Assembly (NCBI GenBank): GCA_027484605.1
Contig: JAIXSR010000054.1
Coordinates: 13,269 to 77,268, forward strand
Length of the DNA stretch: 64,000 nucleotides
Reading direction: 5' to 3'
Source of the DNA: Hyphomicrobiales bacterium
GTDB taxonomy: Bacteria > Pseudomonadota > Alphaproteobacteria > Rhizobiales > Beijerinckiaceae
Shown here: positions 63,072 through 64,000 of the stretch, piece after piece
Numbering within the stretch: position 1 is the first letter of the stretch
Layout of the letters: every line of letters starts with the position of its first letter
Translations under genes and position numbers: made by a program
Notes under the pieces: model-generated
The model's input: the letters and a program-made list of their open reading frames with translations, nothing else
Told to the model about the DNA's origin: nothing
Database searches by the model: none

Positions 63072-63907
63072 TCCCGCTGCTCGAAGCCCGCCATCTGCAT
63101 CATGCCTATCCGCTGCCGAGGCAGGGCCTGTTCGAGCGCCGCCGCCGGATCGAGGCCGTGCGCGACGTCTCCTTCCGTCTGGAGGAGGGGCGTACCCTCG
63201 GCATTGTCGGCGAATCCGGCTCCGGCAAATCGACGCTCGCGCGCCTTCTCGTGGCGCTCGAAAAGCCGCGCGGCGGCGAGGTGCTTTTCCGTGGCGAACG
63301 GATCTCCGGCCTGCCGGAGAAGCGCATCCGCCCCGTCCGGCCGCTGATGCAGATGATCTTCCAGGATCCGTTCGGCTCGCTTGATCCGCGCATGCGCATC
63401 GGCGAGAGCATCGCCGAGCCGCTCGGCGTGGCCGAGCCCTGGCTCGAGGCCGGCGAGCGGGCCGGGCGGGTCGCTGCGATGCTCGAGAAGGTGGGGCTGC
63501 AGCCGGCCATGATGTCGCGCTATCCGCACCAGTTTTCCGGTGGACAGCGCCAGCGCATCGCCATTGCCCGGGCATTGATCACCCGGCCGGCCTTGCTGGT
63601 GGCGGACGAGCCGGTTTCCGCACTCGATGTCTCGGTCCAGGCCCAGATCCTGAACCTGCTCTTCGATCTGAAGCTGGAATTCGGCCTCTCGCTGGTGGTG
63701 ATCAGCCACGACCTCGCGGTTGTCCGCTATCTCTGCGACGAGGTGATCGTGATGGAGGGGGGGCGGGTGGTCGAGCAGGCCGAGACCGGCCGGCTCTTCG
63801 CTGCCCCGCAGGCGGCATATACCCGCGCGCTGATGGCCGCTATGCCGCTTCCGCCCGACGCCAGACCGGGAACGGATCCGGCAGGTGGCGATATTTCTCC
63901 GGGTTGA
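63068..63907 (+). CDS. ABC transporter ATP-binding protein (DppF-like)
   Basis: ATGA coupling. Walker A GESGSGKST, signature FSGGQRQR, Walker B LVADEPVSALD. Confidence 0.9.
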   Translation: MIPLLEARHLHHAYPLPRQGLFERRRRIEAVRDVSFRLEEGRTLGIVGESGSGKSTLARLLVALEKPRGGEVLFRGERISGLPEKRIRPVRPLMQMIFQDPFGSLDPRMRIGESIAEPLGVAEPWLEAGERAGRVAAMLEKVGLQPAMMSRYPHQFSGGQRQRIAIARALITRPALLVADEPVSALDVSVQAQILNLLFDLKLEFGLSLVVISHDLAVVRYLCDEVIVMEGGRVVEQAETGRLFAAPQAAYTRALMAAMPLPPDARPGTDPAGGDISPG

Positions 63908-64000
63908 ATTTCAGCGGCATGCTCTCGCCGAGGAGGCAGAGATCGAGCGCGGTCCGCATCGCCGCCTCGTCGAGATCCTGGCCGATGAAAACCAGTTCCT
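63840..64000 (-). CDS. C-terminal fragment of a CobW/G3E-type GTPase-like protein (partial; the gene starts beyond the right edge)
   Basis: The reverse strand reads ELVFIGQDLDEAAMRTALDLCLLGESMPLKFNPEKYRHLPDPFPVWRRAEAA-stop (stop = CTA at 63840-63842). (R/E)LVFIGxxLD resembles the CobW C-terminal domain. Not in the ORF track because it is truncated. Confidence 0.4.
   Translation of the reverse strand, partial: ELVFIGQDLDEAAMRTALDLCLLGESMPLKFNPEKYRHLPDPFPVWRRAEAA

Overview
Very GC-rich alphaproteobacterial chromosome segment. The gene content looks Rhizobiales-like: Ros/MucR, FeuPQ-like two-component genes next to cycHJKL/ccmIEFH, glnE, pepN and TctABC. I found no rRNA, tRNA, CRISPR array, transposase or integrase. 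Left part (1-18.8 kb): housekeeping and stress genes (sodB, msrB, ptrB, sufE, a PBP1A), a YefM/YoeB toxin-antitoxin pair, mucR, and a coupled gene pair that looks like a split GafA-type (GafY/GafZ-like) GTA activator. Centre (19.3-34.7 kb): a complete RcGTA-type gene transfer agent (GTA) structural cluster running from a TerS-like gene and TerL through portal, protease, capsid, adaptors, tail tube, chaperones, tape measure, distal tail, hub and NlpC/P60 peptidase to a 1300-aa host-specificity protein, followed by a GH108 muramidase. Three features of this cluster are unusual. (i) It is preceded by a leader holding three tandem REP-like hairpin elements. (ii) It is interrupted between capsid and adaptor genes by an oppositely oriented secreted trypsin-like protease. 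(iii) It ends in a muramidase whose C-terminus is a 2-TM, holin-sized module with its own internal SD-ATG. Right part (34.8-64 kb): feuPQ-like genes, ccmIEFH, a second OmpR/HK pair, glnE, a PAS histidine kinase, pepN, an MFS transporter, tctBAC, tauE, an M20 deacylase and a peptide-type ABC importer. Other signals: a dispersed REP-like family ending in CGGGTGAGGGG (at least 7 copies), a perfect CtrA box (TTAA-N7-TTAA) plus a related one-mismatch site, a canonical -1 slippery heptamer (A_AAC_CCT) between the two tail-chaperone ORFs, and sharply AT-rich islands. Many very long ORFs in the track (up to 1807 aa) are antisense shadows typical of high-GC DNA and are rejected. All homology calls come from reading the translated ORFs. 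No database search was run.
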